A program made the translations under genes and the position numbers. A model generated the notes under the pieces. The model was not told the origin of the DNA. It saw only the letters and a list, made by a program, of their open reading frames with translations, and did no database searches. DNA of 64,000 nucleotides from Chiloscyllium plagiosum (lineage: Eukaryota), in contig NC_057728.1 in NCBI RefSeq assembly GCF_004010195.1, positions 41,954,844 to 42,018,843 on the forward strand. The letters are read 5' to 3'. Of this stretch, positions 14,650-27,727 are shown piece after piece. The stretch's first letter is position 1, and every line of letters starts with the position of its first letter.

Positions 14650-14825
14650 AACTGTCTACCTTACTTTCCTACTTTAAGACACCCATGAAACCTACTTGGA
14701 CCAAGCTTTTAATCATTTGACCCTTGTACGGCTCAGTATCATACTTTGTTTTATAATGCTTCTCTCTAGTGCCTTGGGACATTTCATTACTTTAAAGGCA
14801 CTATCCAAATTTAAGCTGTTGTTGC
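14650..14825 (+). mobile_element. L2-type LINE/SINE 3' tail
   Basis: gccttgggacatt...ttaaaggcactat...(gtt)n terminus typical of L2 tails. Confidence 0.5.
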
Positions 14826-16039
14826 TTACACCTTTGTCCACCATCTCCTAATTCTCAAAATGTGTTTATCCGCCTTGCCCCACAACCTCTGTAATGCATC
14901 TTGGGTTATTAATAATGTTCTGCAAGTGCAGAATGTTATCAATTTGCATCGTATCTGCTTGTCTTATTGATATTATGCTTTCTGGTAAATCAAACATTTG
15001 TAGGCTGATGTCACAGTTGAATGTAAAATATAGCTGGAGATTTCAGTGCAATCCTGAGGGAATATTGCACTGTTTGAAGATTCCATCATATGAATAGAGC
15101 TCTATCAGTTTAGACAGACATAAAAGGTTCAAAGGGACTATCTGAAAAGTAGAGACGTTTGCCAGTGTCATTGCCAATATTTGTTCATCCCATATTACTA
15201 CTAAGATATAGATTTGCAAGTCATTTTTCATATTTCCTGCTCTGGAGACTCTGATAAGTGAAATTCACTGCCTATTTGCTCACAATAGGTGGCAGACTTT
15301 ATAATAATTCACTGGCTCTGGGGCAGTTTAGAATGACTTGAGGGTATGAAAAGACAACTCTTTCATTCCAAACCTATAAAGGCTTTTGGCAAACTGTTCA
15401 CAAAGCTATCAAAACATATGAACGAATTTGAAACATTGTACCAATCAAGTAGTTTGCATAGAATTATTTGAATCAGATAGTTTCATAGGTTCTGAACTTT
15501 GTCTTCGTTTGAAAATACAGCCAAAATATAGAAAGAAATGTTTTTGACTTGCCTCTTTATTTATTAGTAAGCAACATTTGGTGGGGTATTAGATCATAGA
15601 GAGAGGGTGAAGAAGGATTTAAACTTTACATAAGTTCAATTTAAATTTACCACTTAATGAAAAAAACTAGATTGTATGAAATATGAACCAATCATTTCAA
15701 CTGGATAGGATAGGGAGGGACAATGTCAAGTTTAGAAATGATTAAAAGGGATTCTAGATGGTTCTTCTTTTCCCCAACAGATATATGCTAAAAAGGTTCT
15801 CAGTTCATCTGTTGAATACTGATTCATTTGAAAGAGAGCTGGACCACATTATAGTAAAATAATGTCATAGACCACATTATAGAAAAATAGCTACCTTGCA
15901 ATATAAATCAGAACCAGAGTCAATATGACCCCTGGACTAGTCACCGAAATGGGTCAGAATGTTTTCTCCTTGCTGGCCGTGGTTTTTACATTTAGCTTTT
16001 TACCTCTCTCAGGAGATTACATGCTTCTCAGGGTAGGAA

Positions 16040-16462
16040 TCAATTTGAAGGATATCTTTTCTCTGGAGTGTCAGAGGTTGAGAAGTGACCTTAGGGAGGT
16101 TTGTAAAATCATGAGGGGCATGGATAGGGTGAATTACCAAGGTCTTTTTCTCCAGGGTAGGAGAGTCCAAAGCTAAAGGGCATAGGCTTAATGTGAAAGG
16201 GTAAAGATTTAAAAGGGACTTAAAGGGTAACTTTTTCAAACAGAGGGTGGTGCGAGTACAGAATGAGCTGCCAGAGAAAATGATGGAGGCTGGTACAATT
16301 ATGACATTTAAAAGGCATCTGGATGTGTACATGATTAGGTAGGGTTTAGAGGGATATGGGCCAAATGCTGACAAATGGGACTAAGTTCATTTAGAATAGC
16401 TGGTCAGCATGGACGAGTTTGATTGAAGGATTCGTTTCCGTACTGTACAACTCTGACTCTAT
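16040..16462 (+). mobile_element. CR1 3' end
   Basis: FSLECQRLRSDLREVCKIMRGMDRV plus 3' UTR and tail. Confidence 0.85.
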
Positions 16463-19400
16463 AAGGTATATCATTTGTATGGGACAGGAAAGGTGATTGG
16501 GCAAAGACTATATTTACAGTTAAACTGAACTGTGTAATAAATTACCAGTTAATTTACCTAGCCTGAAGAAACAAGTGCACTTAAGTACAACTGTGGATCA
16601 TAATGAAATGTAGAGCCGTTTTATACCAAAAAGTTTGATTAATCTTGAAAACCTTGGCTTAGAAAATAACTGCTAGAATAAAATGGAAAAGACATTGCTA
16701 AAATTATTTCTTTCTAGACAGACTTTCCAATAATAGAACTTGCTGGTTGTTCGCAATAACAATGAGTTAATCATCCTACAGGTGTGCTCCAATATTTGAA
16801 AATGAACTGACATATCAATCGATGGTTCTCTTCAGATCTTTAGACAAAGGTCAACCTTTTCTATTACAGATCATAATCGGGTCAAGGGAATCAGGAGAAA
16901 ACGAAGCTGGTTGTTTAAAAACTAAATTACTATCAATTAATAGAATGAATGTTTTTGAAGTAAAGGAGACAGAGAGAAAAATGGAGAACAATGCATGAGA
17001 AAAATGAAATAAAAACAGAAAATGCAAAAGAAACTCAGCAGTTTTGGCAGCACCTATGGAGACAGAAACTCTAATATTTTGAGTCCAATGTGACTCTTCA
17101 GGACTGAAAGGGCTAGAAAAGTGATTGGTTTTCTGCTGTTGATAAAAGGGAGTGGGAGAAACAAATAGTGAGGAAAATGGTTGTGTGAGTACAACATTTT
17201 GTGTTTGTGTTCAATTTAAATTTTAGATACTTTTTATTAAGCCACCACTAATTGTAATAATAAGAACACTAACAAAGGGAGTTTACTTTTAAATGGCCAT
17301 TTTAGGCTACTAAAAACTAGCAATATTTAACATAATTCCATGGCAAGTATTAGGGTAGCGTGGTTTGTCATTTTAGCACTGTAGGGTTGCATAATTTGTT
17401 CTTCAGTGTTCCATTCTTTCCTTAGGCTTTCTCTTAATGTTTGACAACTTTAATTTACCATGTTTCAGCAAGAAATATGCTGAAAAGATAACACATCCAT
17501 AGAAGTCTCAACTATATGATCAACATCAGACGTGCTCAACTGGTGGGCTAATGAGCCCAATCATTCTGACTTTTTATCTCATTGAATTTATTTTCCACAT
17601 AGCAGTCTGATACTTCATTAAAAATGATCACTAGTACACTATAGTCGATATAGGACAGTGTATTTAATCCTGATTCAAGATCATTTTGCTTACCTACAAT
17701 TTAATATATTTGTAAAGTTGAGGATAAAATTTTAATCCACCTTCATTTATTGTCCACAAGATTGTATTTGACTGTGAACCTCTAAACCAGAAAAATCACT
17801 AAATTTAAGTGTATCATTCTGCAGATACTTCAGCCACTACTATACTGATCTTATATGCAAAAAGGTAACCTAAGGAAGGTAAATTACTGAAGTGGGCACT
17901 AAACCATACTGATCATTGCAATCCTTGATTTGATTCTTGGATTGTATGAAATATTAAAGCAAGGCGACAGAAAATATTGCAATTGGTTGCAACATCAATG
18001 AACAAAGACATGTGAAAAAAATGTCAGGTTTCCTACTCTTGAACCTGATAATATCGAGATGAAGTATAGAGGTTCAGAAACCAGCTCAGCTTTGATGACC
18101 ACTAGAGCCAAATAGCCTGCTAACATTGACAGTTCATGTTCATGCATAAAACATATTACTTTGGTGTGATGCTGGAGGGCTAATGCAGCCGATGAATTTT
18201 ATTCAAGCTTTAAATACTGCCTTCGGGAAAGGAAAGTAACGAGAAGGAAAAAAGAAAGTAAACTCAAGAGAAGTAGGTTCAATTTTCTTCTCACTATTAT
18301 TTTAGGAAATGTTTAACATATACAAAACTGTATTGCACAAGAACTTTATACAAAGTTAACTTCAGAAAAACTTGCATTAAAAGAGAAACATTATTAAAAA
18401 AAAGTGGCAAATAATTTATTTGTTACTGAGAAATGTGTTCTTTATATAAAAAGATCGATTGTGCATACAAACTACAAGGACCAGAGTTGCCCATCTGTAT
18501 GTCATTTACTGCAAGAGAAGTAACTGCAGGTTTAAATTACATGGTATTGGATTGCAATTTCCTAACATTGAATGCTTTTCAACTTTTACCTTTAGTCATT
18601 ACTACAAATATTCATAAAAACAGTTCCAAACAGATACAGTTAACTCATTTAAGGCATGTTGTTCCTTACTTTTGTTTCTACATTTATAATCATATTGTTT
18701 AGGACTCTCTAAACACTTAAGTACTAATTAAGCAACAAAAAAATTTATCCAAATTTTGTTTTTAAGAGTTGAAATCATTAAAGTGTCATTGGAAAATATA
18801 CGCTTTTAATTTACACTAATTTTGCACAACTACTTTTGGTGGGAATATTTGAAATATAATTATTTTCTCTTAGCAATGTTCTCATTAACTGTCTGGTAGA
18901 GATTCATTCTAATGACAGGCTTTGAAAGAACACTGCTGTATTCCTTTGTTCACTCCAGTCCTATTTGGAAGGGATAAAGATTTCATTCCTGGTTTCTTTG
19001 TTAGTCTTACAAGAACCGCTAAATCACTATTCATACAATTTGCTAGATGTGCTTCATGTCAGACCCTACAAATTATTTGGTTTTGGTATATTGAACATCA
19101 GTTTCTAATTAGCAATATTTCTTCCACGCTTAGCATTTTTAACTTCAAATATAAATATAATTTTCTACTAGGTAAATACTTTTGCAACTGACTGTACAAG
19201 AATTAATTAGATTGTTCAAGAGAATCCAATTAGCCTTAATATGTTAAGTTGTTAATTTCATGTACATCTTTAAGAAAAGAAAACTTCCATATAGGTAAAC
19301 TCCTTTGTAAAAAATCTGGAGCAATAATTCTTTGTCAAAATATTCCATTGTGACTTTTAATATCAGATTCTAGTACAGAATACTAGGAGTTACATTTTGC

Positions 19401-22061
19401 TAATTTACAAGTTTCAGACAAATTGAAAACCTATTTTTTGGGTTTGGGTAGGGGATGGGAGGCAGGGTGAGGCAGGAGAGGGAGGAGGGCAAAGAAAAAA
19501 ATAGGCCATTTGGGTTATATAAAGAAAAACAGACCTTGCTATTTTAACAACATTGCTGCTTTAGTCACAGTGCAATATAAACGTTTGAAACTGCCTGAAA
19601 TTAAACCCGAATATAATTTTCTAAACATCTTTGACCTAACTAAAGTCATTTGGTTGTGGGTTCACATACAGAAAAAGATGATTTTTTTTTTGCGCTGATG
19701 TTCAAGTATTTTTACATATTTTCATAAATAAGAAGCAGATTACCTTGTCAATCACCTAAAGCCCATTTCCTCTCTATTCATTCCTACAGTACTGGGTCAA
19801 TAACAAGGTTAACCAAGGTTTCCCCCCTTAATTAGTAAAATACTGACAAAATTTGGTTTTATGTGAGTACTGAAGTTTTGTTGTCTGAGCATTGGAATAA
19901 TTATGTTAAACAGCTTTCAAAGAAGCTTTCAAATGAAATGATAGCATTTTATAAGAAATCAAAAACATGAAGCAAACTAAATTGTTCCGGTTTAAGAAAA
20001 TTCTACCCCCATGAACTCGCCTTTTGGTGTGTAGCAAGGTGCAAACAGTATGCAATGATCTCTTTAATTAGTACATTGGATAATAGAAGACTAAAATTCA
20101 ATTTAAAAGTTTAAATATGCTATAGTTATTTTCAAAATTATTTATTTGCAGTGAGCTTGTTATTGACCATTCAAAAAGATATTTATTTGAAAGATATGCC
20201 ATTTATTCACATTTAATTCAATAAACACCTGCAATTACTTAACAAAAAAAAATAAGGAACTGTGGATGCTGGACATCAGAAACCGATTGTTGAGACATTT
20301 ATAAAATGGTTTTGCATTAGAAGCTCAACACTGAATCCACTACAACTCTGCAGATGGTACTTGAGCTAATCTTATAGATCTTCCTTAAATCTACTAAATC
20401 CTATTTAGAATATAGGTCATAAAAATCTTAAAAACAACAATTAATCCACTGAAACTATCTTGAAAGATTCAAGGCAAGACATTTTGATTAACGTTTGTAT
20501 AAAGCAACTTCAAACGTGGGTGCAATTTAGAAAGGAAACACAGGATCATTTGCTACTTGCAAAAAACTGATTAAGACGGCAATAGCTTTCTTCAACAAAA
20601 TGCATCTGTAGATCAAGGAGGAATTTGTCACAACGGACAACCACTGTGAAGAACCATTTACCTTGCAAAGTGGAAAACCAGCTCCAGTATTTGAGGATTT
20701 AAATATTTCCAAAGTGTTTACTTTCAAAAGATTAATCACAGGGGAAAAACATTTTGCATAACAGCATGTGAAAAATGCAATAACTGATTATAATACTTTA
20801 AATAATCAGGAAACGCATGCATCCAAACCATTCTTACTCTTTTACTGTCCAGTAGGTCATGTGCCCATTGACTTGCTTTTAAGTTTTAATGTTAAAAATA
20901 TCTCGTCACATGAAATGGCAGGAAAGTAGATGATTTTTGATAAATGTTGCAGTCCGATCTTAAGAATGAAAGGTATCTAATCAGAATCATTTTTAGAGTA
21001 AATATCTGTGCACCTATTATAGAGGCAATGCAGTGGCAAAGATGGACCTTTTCAGTGTCCAGCTCATGAAAGTAGTTTAAATTTTAAAAAAAGTTTAGTT
21101 AATAAAACATTTTTATGAATAACTTTCTTTGTCTTTCCTTTGCCCTACACAATTGTAGTCACTGTGCAGACGGGGAACATACAGGGAATCAAGTGTTCTA
21201 AGTAGCAGCGCACATTTAATTAGCAGAATATCATGCAGTAAATAATTAAGCAAATGACTGGAGACTATTCTAATGCAAAACACAACAGAAAAAAAGCAAA
21301 GTATGCAGCACTGCATTTATAGAGGGGCTGTCTGCTGTAGAAAATGCTTCAAAACAACTCAGTTTTCACTTCCCTTCCCTGAGCTCCTCTGAGTGTTTCA
21401 GATCAAGATAGGGAACCTCCTTTTTCCAGCCTAGTAAGGATTCCAATATTAAAAGTGCTTTCTCTTGAGACATTGTGATTCTGGCTCATTTATAAGTATT
21501 GACAGATGTGGTTTTATGTATCAAATGTTCTCTCATGCTTCAAAACAAAAGCATTTATTTCCATTACTTTCTTGTAAGTATTACTTTCCTGACATATAAT
21601 GCTTGTGACACAATATTTTGGTCATATTGCTCAGTTATCTTGCTCTTCCTCATCAATGATTTGAACATAAACAGCAGACAGGCACAACAGAAGCCTAATC
21701 TAAGTATCATTATTTCTACTACAATCATCAGTTATCAGTTCATACAATGTTACTCAAATGGGAAAAATAGAAACACTGAATAAATAAAACATACATACAT
21801 GGGAATAGATCCCAAGGTTACACTTCAATGGTTAGATTCTCAAAAGTATTCAGATAAATGAAGTATGAAGATTTATTATTAAAACTAATTCTAATCCATT
21901 TATTGTTTCATGTTCAGTGTGCTTTTAAACAAGAAATTGTTGTACAAAAATTATGTGGATAATGGATAGCTAAATAATTTCTCCTAAGATGGCTAAGCGA
22001 ATAGCTCCTTCAACATGCTTGTAAAGTTGCATATTTGTATAGTCTGAAAGTCACTCACATA

Positions 22062-22074
22062 TGCCCTCTACTGG
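22062..22074 (-). promoter_or_regulatory. candidate CTCF motif CCAGTAGAGGGCA
   Basis: Close match to the CTCF core consensus by eye; motif only. Confidence 0.4.
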
Positions 22075-22102
22075 AAGTTCTAATGTTGCACTGGAACAAA
22101 CA

Positions 22103-22818
22103 CAGTATATACTCATGTAAAAGTTGAACTTTTAAGACTGTTTAAGGTAAAATTTATGGGGTCAACTTTTACATGGATACTACTTTTGAGGGACTGAAAT
22201 TCATGCTATAGTCCAAAATTCCATATCATTAGCAGAAGCCCAATTGATCGCTAAACAAATAAAAAAAACACAACGAATTACAATAATTGCTGCTACACAG
22301 TTATTTGTCTTCTCTGCAATTTCAATAACTTTCAGTTTAAACACTGCTGTATATTTTTTGCTTTCTCTGGAGGGCATTTTTACATAAAATGATGAAGAAA
22401 TTTCAAAACCTCAACTAGGTATATAACTGTATTCCATGCATGTTACAGGAAAACTGAGCTCAGCTGAGCTATACACACCTGACACTGTCCTGATGCGTTT
22501 TAAACTTGCCTGCCAATTTCTTCCATTTCCTCAGTTTTCTTTCGTTTGCAGTTGTTTTAGTTTTTTCAAACTAACATTTTAAGCTGTTATTTCTGATAAA
22601 AAAAGTTACCAGACATTTGACTCTAATACAGTCTCATTGATCATTGTTGCCGTAACATTTACATACAGGATAATACCTTGACTCATAAATGTTGATCTGT
22701 TATCTGTGAAGAACTAGGACCAACGTTTACACAAGATATATGGAAAATTCCAAATTTTTTGGCCAAAAATAGAGGGTCGATCTTTACATGAGATCAACTT
22801 TTACTTGAGTATATATGG
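22103..22818 (-). mobile_element. non-autonomous pogo/Tc2-type DNA transposon with transposase N-terminal remnant
   Basis: TIRs cagtatatactcatgtaaaagttga / tcaacttttacttgagtatatatgg, right flank TA, subterminal repeats. Minus strand from 22377 reads MPSRESKKYTAVFKLKVIEIAEKTNNCVAA, like a Brinker-type DNA-binding domain. Confidence 0.8.
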
Positions 22819-25083
22819 TAAATACACTTCAGTAAAATCAAACTACTTTTACTAAAAATAAAATGTGGTGTTCAGCAGGATAAAGTATTTGAAACACTAA
22901 GACTGACAAGTTCAGCCCTGTGATGCACTAGCTATCTATATTGCACAATAATGTCTGCTTAATTGAGAATGAAACCATTCTCAAGGAATGCAGGTGATAA
23001 TGCAAAGTGTAACTTTGATAATGTACTGTTTGTAGCAATATCTATTACCCAAAGTTGATGGGAAAAGCAAATCACTGTACTGCTGGGTCAATGTACTCAT
23101 GACTTTAAATCATAACACTGAGTTTGCCTTGACGGTTCAGCTGGTTAAGCCAGTAGTTAGCTGAATCAAATTTACAGAAGGATCCCAGGTATAATTTCCA
23201 GTCTGTGCAAAATTGTAAAGCAACTGTAGTGGCTCCCAAAATGAGACTGGGCAAGGCAAGAGGATGAGGGGTAAATCACTTAAGGTTCCTCCAATGACTG
23301 TTGTTCATTGATCCCTACTAGAAAGTGCATGATTCTTTAATGTGACTATGATCTTGTTCAGCTTTTATGGTCTCGTAGACAAACATCTGATCATTACTCA
23401 ACATCCAGGCTCACTTGGACAAGTTATAAGAGAGTAACTAATGAATCTGGAATGAACACCAGTTCAGTTTTGGAAAGCACAGAACCAAATTGGCAAAAAT
23501 AAATATGTTGTTTTATATGTAAAAATAAACATGCCATTTAATGAATTCCAAAATATAATTAACCAAGCAAACTCCAATCAGTTCCAATGGTGAACAAACT
23601 GAATAGGCCATTTAAAAGGTAAATTTGGAATTATTGTTATGATGCTGATATTGTTGAGCCTTAATCAGAAAAGCAGCAATTGGGTGCTCATTTGGTGTTT
23701 CTGCAGCTCTCTGGCCTGGTTGAATAACTTTGTGCATTTATATCTATTTGAGTTCAGGAACTTGTAAGACAGCAGTTGTCTGAAGATCAGAATCAAGGGC
23801 TTGGAGTTCACTTTTTTTCCAGGTAAATGTGCACATTGTAAAAGTCATGGAGATTCACAACAGCCAGAATGAAGGTTAGAAGATTGGTATGAAGTAACCT
23901 CCTTCTGATTCAAACATGTATCAGTATAAAAAGGTAATCAGACAGCAGCCTCACTTGTTTGCAACTTCCTCTGCTTCAAATACTTTCCCTTAAAGCTTCC
24001 AAAAACCTAAGTCCAAGCACTACCCTGTGCCAAAACATTATCTATTCCAACAAAATATAATGAAAATATTCTATCCTTTTAAAAATAATGACCAATCAAC
24101 ATTTGTTGATCAATACTTTCCCTACTCTCTATAACAAACCTTTTCCAATTCTGTAAAGCTCTATTAAACATCTTACCTTTCTTCCAATGAAAATCGTCAC
24201 AATAGGTTATGTCTCTCCATATTTTCAAATATTACTTATTTGACATCAAGACGTTTCCAAAATATAGGATAAACTTACTACAGAGTCAACATTCTTGTGC
24301 AATAAAATTTTGTTCTGTTATCGCAGAAACTAGTCCTTTGTTAACATAAAATTCTCAGATTTCCAGTTTTCATATCTACATGGTAGTCATGAGTGAACTT
24401 GAATCATGGAAAAAACAATTGTTGTGTGGTCCAATGAATGGCAGTAATGTTTCTATCTGTAGATTAATTTCTTATTTAGCAAAGTCTAATGGACTTTAAC
24501 ACTGCAGCTTATAGTTAGCTTATTTCAGTGAGGGCTGGGATGTGCTCTGAATTTCTGATGTTCCATACAGGGATAGGGGCTAAGTAATGTACAACCTATT
24601 GACCAGCTTCTGGCAGTGGGCTATGAGGAAGATTAGCAAGGAGAAGAATTTCCTCTGATGACCTGACTGGTTTATTGGTGATCAAACTTTATTGAATAAT
24701 ATTTCAATCCACATCATGTGTACGTGCTTCCATCTCAATGGACTATATCTAATTGGCAAGATTTTTTTTTGTTTTTAAAGAACCTCATACAGATGTGCTA
24801 TTGGTTCACAGTTTTAACCCACAATGTTCAGTCAGTTATTTTGTCAGATATTGCCTGATCTACAGTGTGTTTCCAAGCTTTTATGTGTCAGATGTTCAAC
24901 ATTTCTAGCATTTTTGATTGCTCAATACCTTATTTTTACAAAAACAACCCTCTTTATTTAACCTACTTAAACTGGAACGCCACTTGTTTCTCACAGTAAA
25001 GCAATGCATTTTGAGGGCATCAAATTGTAATACCTTAATAATTTCTGAACTGAGATGTGGCAAGTGCATACACAAATAAGGAA

Positions 25084-25610
25084 AGTTTGTGAGAAGATTT
25101 GTAGTTCGGGTGCTCATTGTTGAGGTTCTGTTCGCCGCGCTTGGTAGTGCTTGGAATTTGTGTTGCAGACATTTCATCCCCTGTCTAGGTGACATCCTCA
25201 GTGCTTGGGAGCCTCCTGTGAAGCACTTCTGTGATCTTTCCTCCGGCATTTGTAGTGGTTTGAATCTGCCGCTTCCGGTTGTCAGTTCCAGCTGTCCGCT
25301 GCAGTGGTCGGTATATTGGGTCCAGNNNNNNNNNNNNNNNNNNNNNNNNNNNNNNNNNNNNNNNNNNNNNNNNNNNNNNNNNNNNNNNNNNNNNNNNNNN
25401 NNNNNNNNNNNNNNNNNNNNNNNNNNNNNNNNNNNNNNNNNNNNNNNNNNNNNNNNNAACCGGAAGCGGCAGATTCAAACCACTACAAATGCCGGAGGAA
25501 AGATCACAGAAGTGCTTCACAGGAGGCTCCCAAGCACTGAGGATGTCACCTAGACAGGGGACGAAACGTCTGCAACACAAATTCCCAGCGCGGCGAACAG
25601 AACCACAACA
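25084..25610 (-). mobile_element. young Penelope-like fold-back insertion (gap in centre), 12-bp TSD acaaataaggaa
   Basis: Near-identical inverted arms; LDPIY peptide as in the 1517-2137 copy; direct repeat at 25072-25083 and 25611-25622. Confidence 0.88.
25534..25573 (+). ncRNA. minimal type I hammerhead ribozyme motif in a Penelope pLTR
   Basis: GCA-CTGAGGA-T-GTCACC-TAGACA-GGGGAC-GAAAC-GTC-TGC: CUGANGA and GAAA cores, stem II, palindromic ACGT stem III, GUC site and 3-bp stem I. Confidence 0.75.
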
Positions 25611-26526
25611 ACAAATAAGGAAGATTAAAGTTGTGGCTTTTCCATCATGAATACATGATGCACAAACTGAATGAGAAACAACTCTTTGTGTTTTAAACAA
25701 TGCCAGCAACTCAAGTAAAGCCATGCACTTTCATTATTCTTTTCCATAAATCACAAAGTAGTATTATTTTGGTCCTTCATTAAAAGTACCACTAGGATCT
25801 ATCCAGCATCACTCAGGATTACAGAATATGGTATTATCCAATTTATTGTTAGAATTGCTTCTGGAATCAACTTAAACATCTCCAGTGAGAAGCAAATATA
25901 CATAATTATTTTTAGCTAAAGTTTTCACTGGCTTAATACTGCAAAAATAGCTTCTTTAAAACAATATTAATCAGGCTCAAAGCACATTGCCAAGATAAAA
26001 AAAAAAGTGCTGTACAAATCAAGTGCCTTAATTTACCTCCTCAAGATATCAAAACCTTTTCTAACTTCTAGAGCTATGAAATAATTTTATATTTTTGTCA
26101 TCATTCATTTTACATTGTTATTAAATTTCTGTAAATGAAATAGAATGTATTTAACACAGAATCATGATAATGTCAAGATGCTGTCTAGGCAAGGAATAAT
26201 ATTTTCAAGCAGCAAAATGATAACAGTTAAGCTTTCAGTTTTCTCAGGATTGGAGAGTTATCCCTGCAATTCAGAACAGGAAGATACTATCAGGAGTAAT
26301 GGATGATAATATATAGACAAGGGGGAGCTGGTAAATGTTACTTGGCTTCTTAAGATGGGGGTAATGTGTATACTCAAAGCAAGTGATTTATTGCTAACTT
26401 CTAGTTTCAAAGACAAATTCTACAAAACTAAAACAAGGGTCAATGTCACTTCAATAATCTAAACTTTTTTCTACAGCAGAATCACCCTCTTAATGCGAAC
26501 AGCACCCAAAGTTTCATGACACACAG

Positions 26527-26532
26527 CATGCA
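26527..26532 (-). promoter_or_regulatory. RBFOX-type intronic splicing element TGCATG
   Basis: TGCATG starts at intron position +14 after the cassette exon donor, within UG-rich context (gttgaatgtgtgcTGCATGctgtgtgtcatg). Confidence 0.6.
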
Positions 26533-26545
26533 GCACACATTCAAC

Positions 26546-26621
26546 CTGAGGGAAGCCCACAAGCACGAAGGGCTACTGGCTGGCTCTTTGTCACCAAATG
26601 CAGCAGGTTGAATGCGGACAT
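26546..26621 (-). CDS. MSRB3: MSRB3 cassette exon (whole exon 26672-26546, 127 nt); coding part = mitochondrial leader MSAFNLLHLVTKSQPVALRACGLPS-(G)
   Basis: Translation matches the N-terminus of the human mitochondrial MSRB3 isoform as I recall it. Acceptor ttttttgtgttttcctacttag| at 26673/26672, donor CAG|GTTGAA at 26546/26545, phase 1, in frame with exon 882-990. Confidence 0.95.
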
Positions 26622-27714
26622 CACTGGGGTACTTCCACCAAGAAATAAGAGGCAAGAAGCAGGGAACAACAGCTAAGTAGGAAAACACAAAAAAAGTTCC
26701 ATTAAAACATCAAAATGATAACAGCCAGCATATTTAGACAAAATTCAGAAAATTCCAAGTTTCATGCTATAACAAGATAATTCTGAGTCATAGGAAACCA
26801 CTAGCTTGGTTTACTAGGTTTAATATTTGCAAGTGAGAAAGCAACTGTTTTTCTATTTGCACATGACAAATAGATGAAAACACATGGTGAAGCTGAACAT
26901 GGGCATTCAAAGAGCGATGAATCTTCAAAGTAATGTTGCCTCTTGTGTTTTCACAGACAGAAAGCATAGACATCTCTGGAATCTCATCACCTTCTGAGGA
27001 GCAAAACAATGATTTATACAGAGAAACATACTTTGCGCCCGTTCTGGAGTGTGTCTGAAAGAAATATGCTTATGTTAACTCTGACATCTTAAAGCTGGCT
27101 TACTGCAAAGCCAAAGCAATTTTTCCTGCTTTTACAAGGAGAGAAAAAGGAAACAAAATTAAGTGTCACAATGAACAGCCTCAAAGAGCCATTAAACAAA
27201 AGTAAACATGTCAACTTCAAAACGACTGTTTTGTGCAAAACAGAAAGGGCACTGAGCAACATTTCATTGTGGGGAGTCTATTTATTGTGAACAAATGCTC
27301 GAAACATTTAAACATGAAACAAAAAGATACATAAGAACAGAATTTTTGTGACTTTCACAGAACCGGTTGTGAAAATGAAAATGTTCAGTGATGTGCAATT
27401 ACCTCGAAGAACTGCAGTCTTACTCAGTCCCCACAGCTGACCATAAAAAGGTCTTCCTATTCAGTATCATCAATTGCAGTACCAGGCAGCCTATGCGCCT
27501 ACCAATCGAAGCCATCTGGCTTATGTCAAGCCTTTGGGTCAGACAGCTACAGTGCAACAGGAAGAGAGGCAGTGATGTCACTCTGCAGGTCAGGCAAAGA
27601 ACAAGGATGTATTTTGCAATTAATAGGCAGTGTGCCCCAGTATTGGGGTTCCAGCATACTTGAACTGGGTGATTTATGGTAATTATAATCTGTTCATGGT
27701 GTTGGTAAAACAGA

Positions 27715-27727
27715 TGCCATCTACTGG
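27715..27727 (-). promoter_or_regulatory. candidate CTCF motif CCAGTAGATGGCA
   Basis: Close match to the CTCF core consensus by eye; motif only. Confidence 0.4.

Noticed and set aside
20527..20739. Possible extra coding exon in intron 2
   Set aside because: No convincing splice-site pair and no recognisable peptide.
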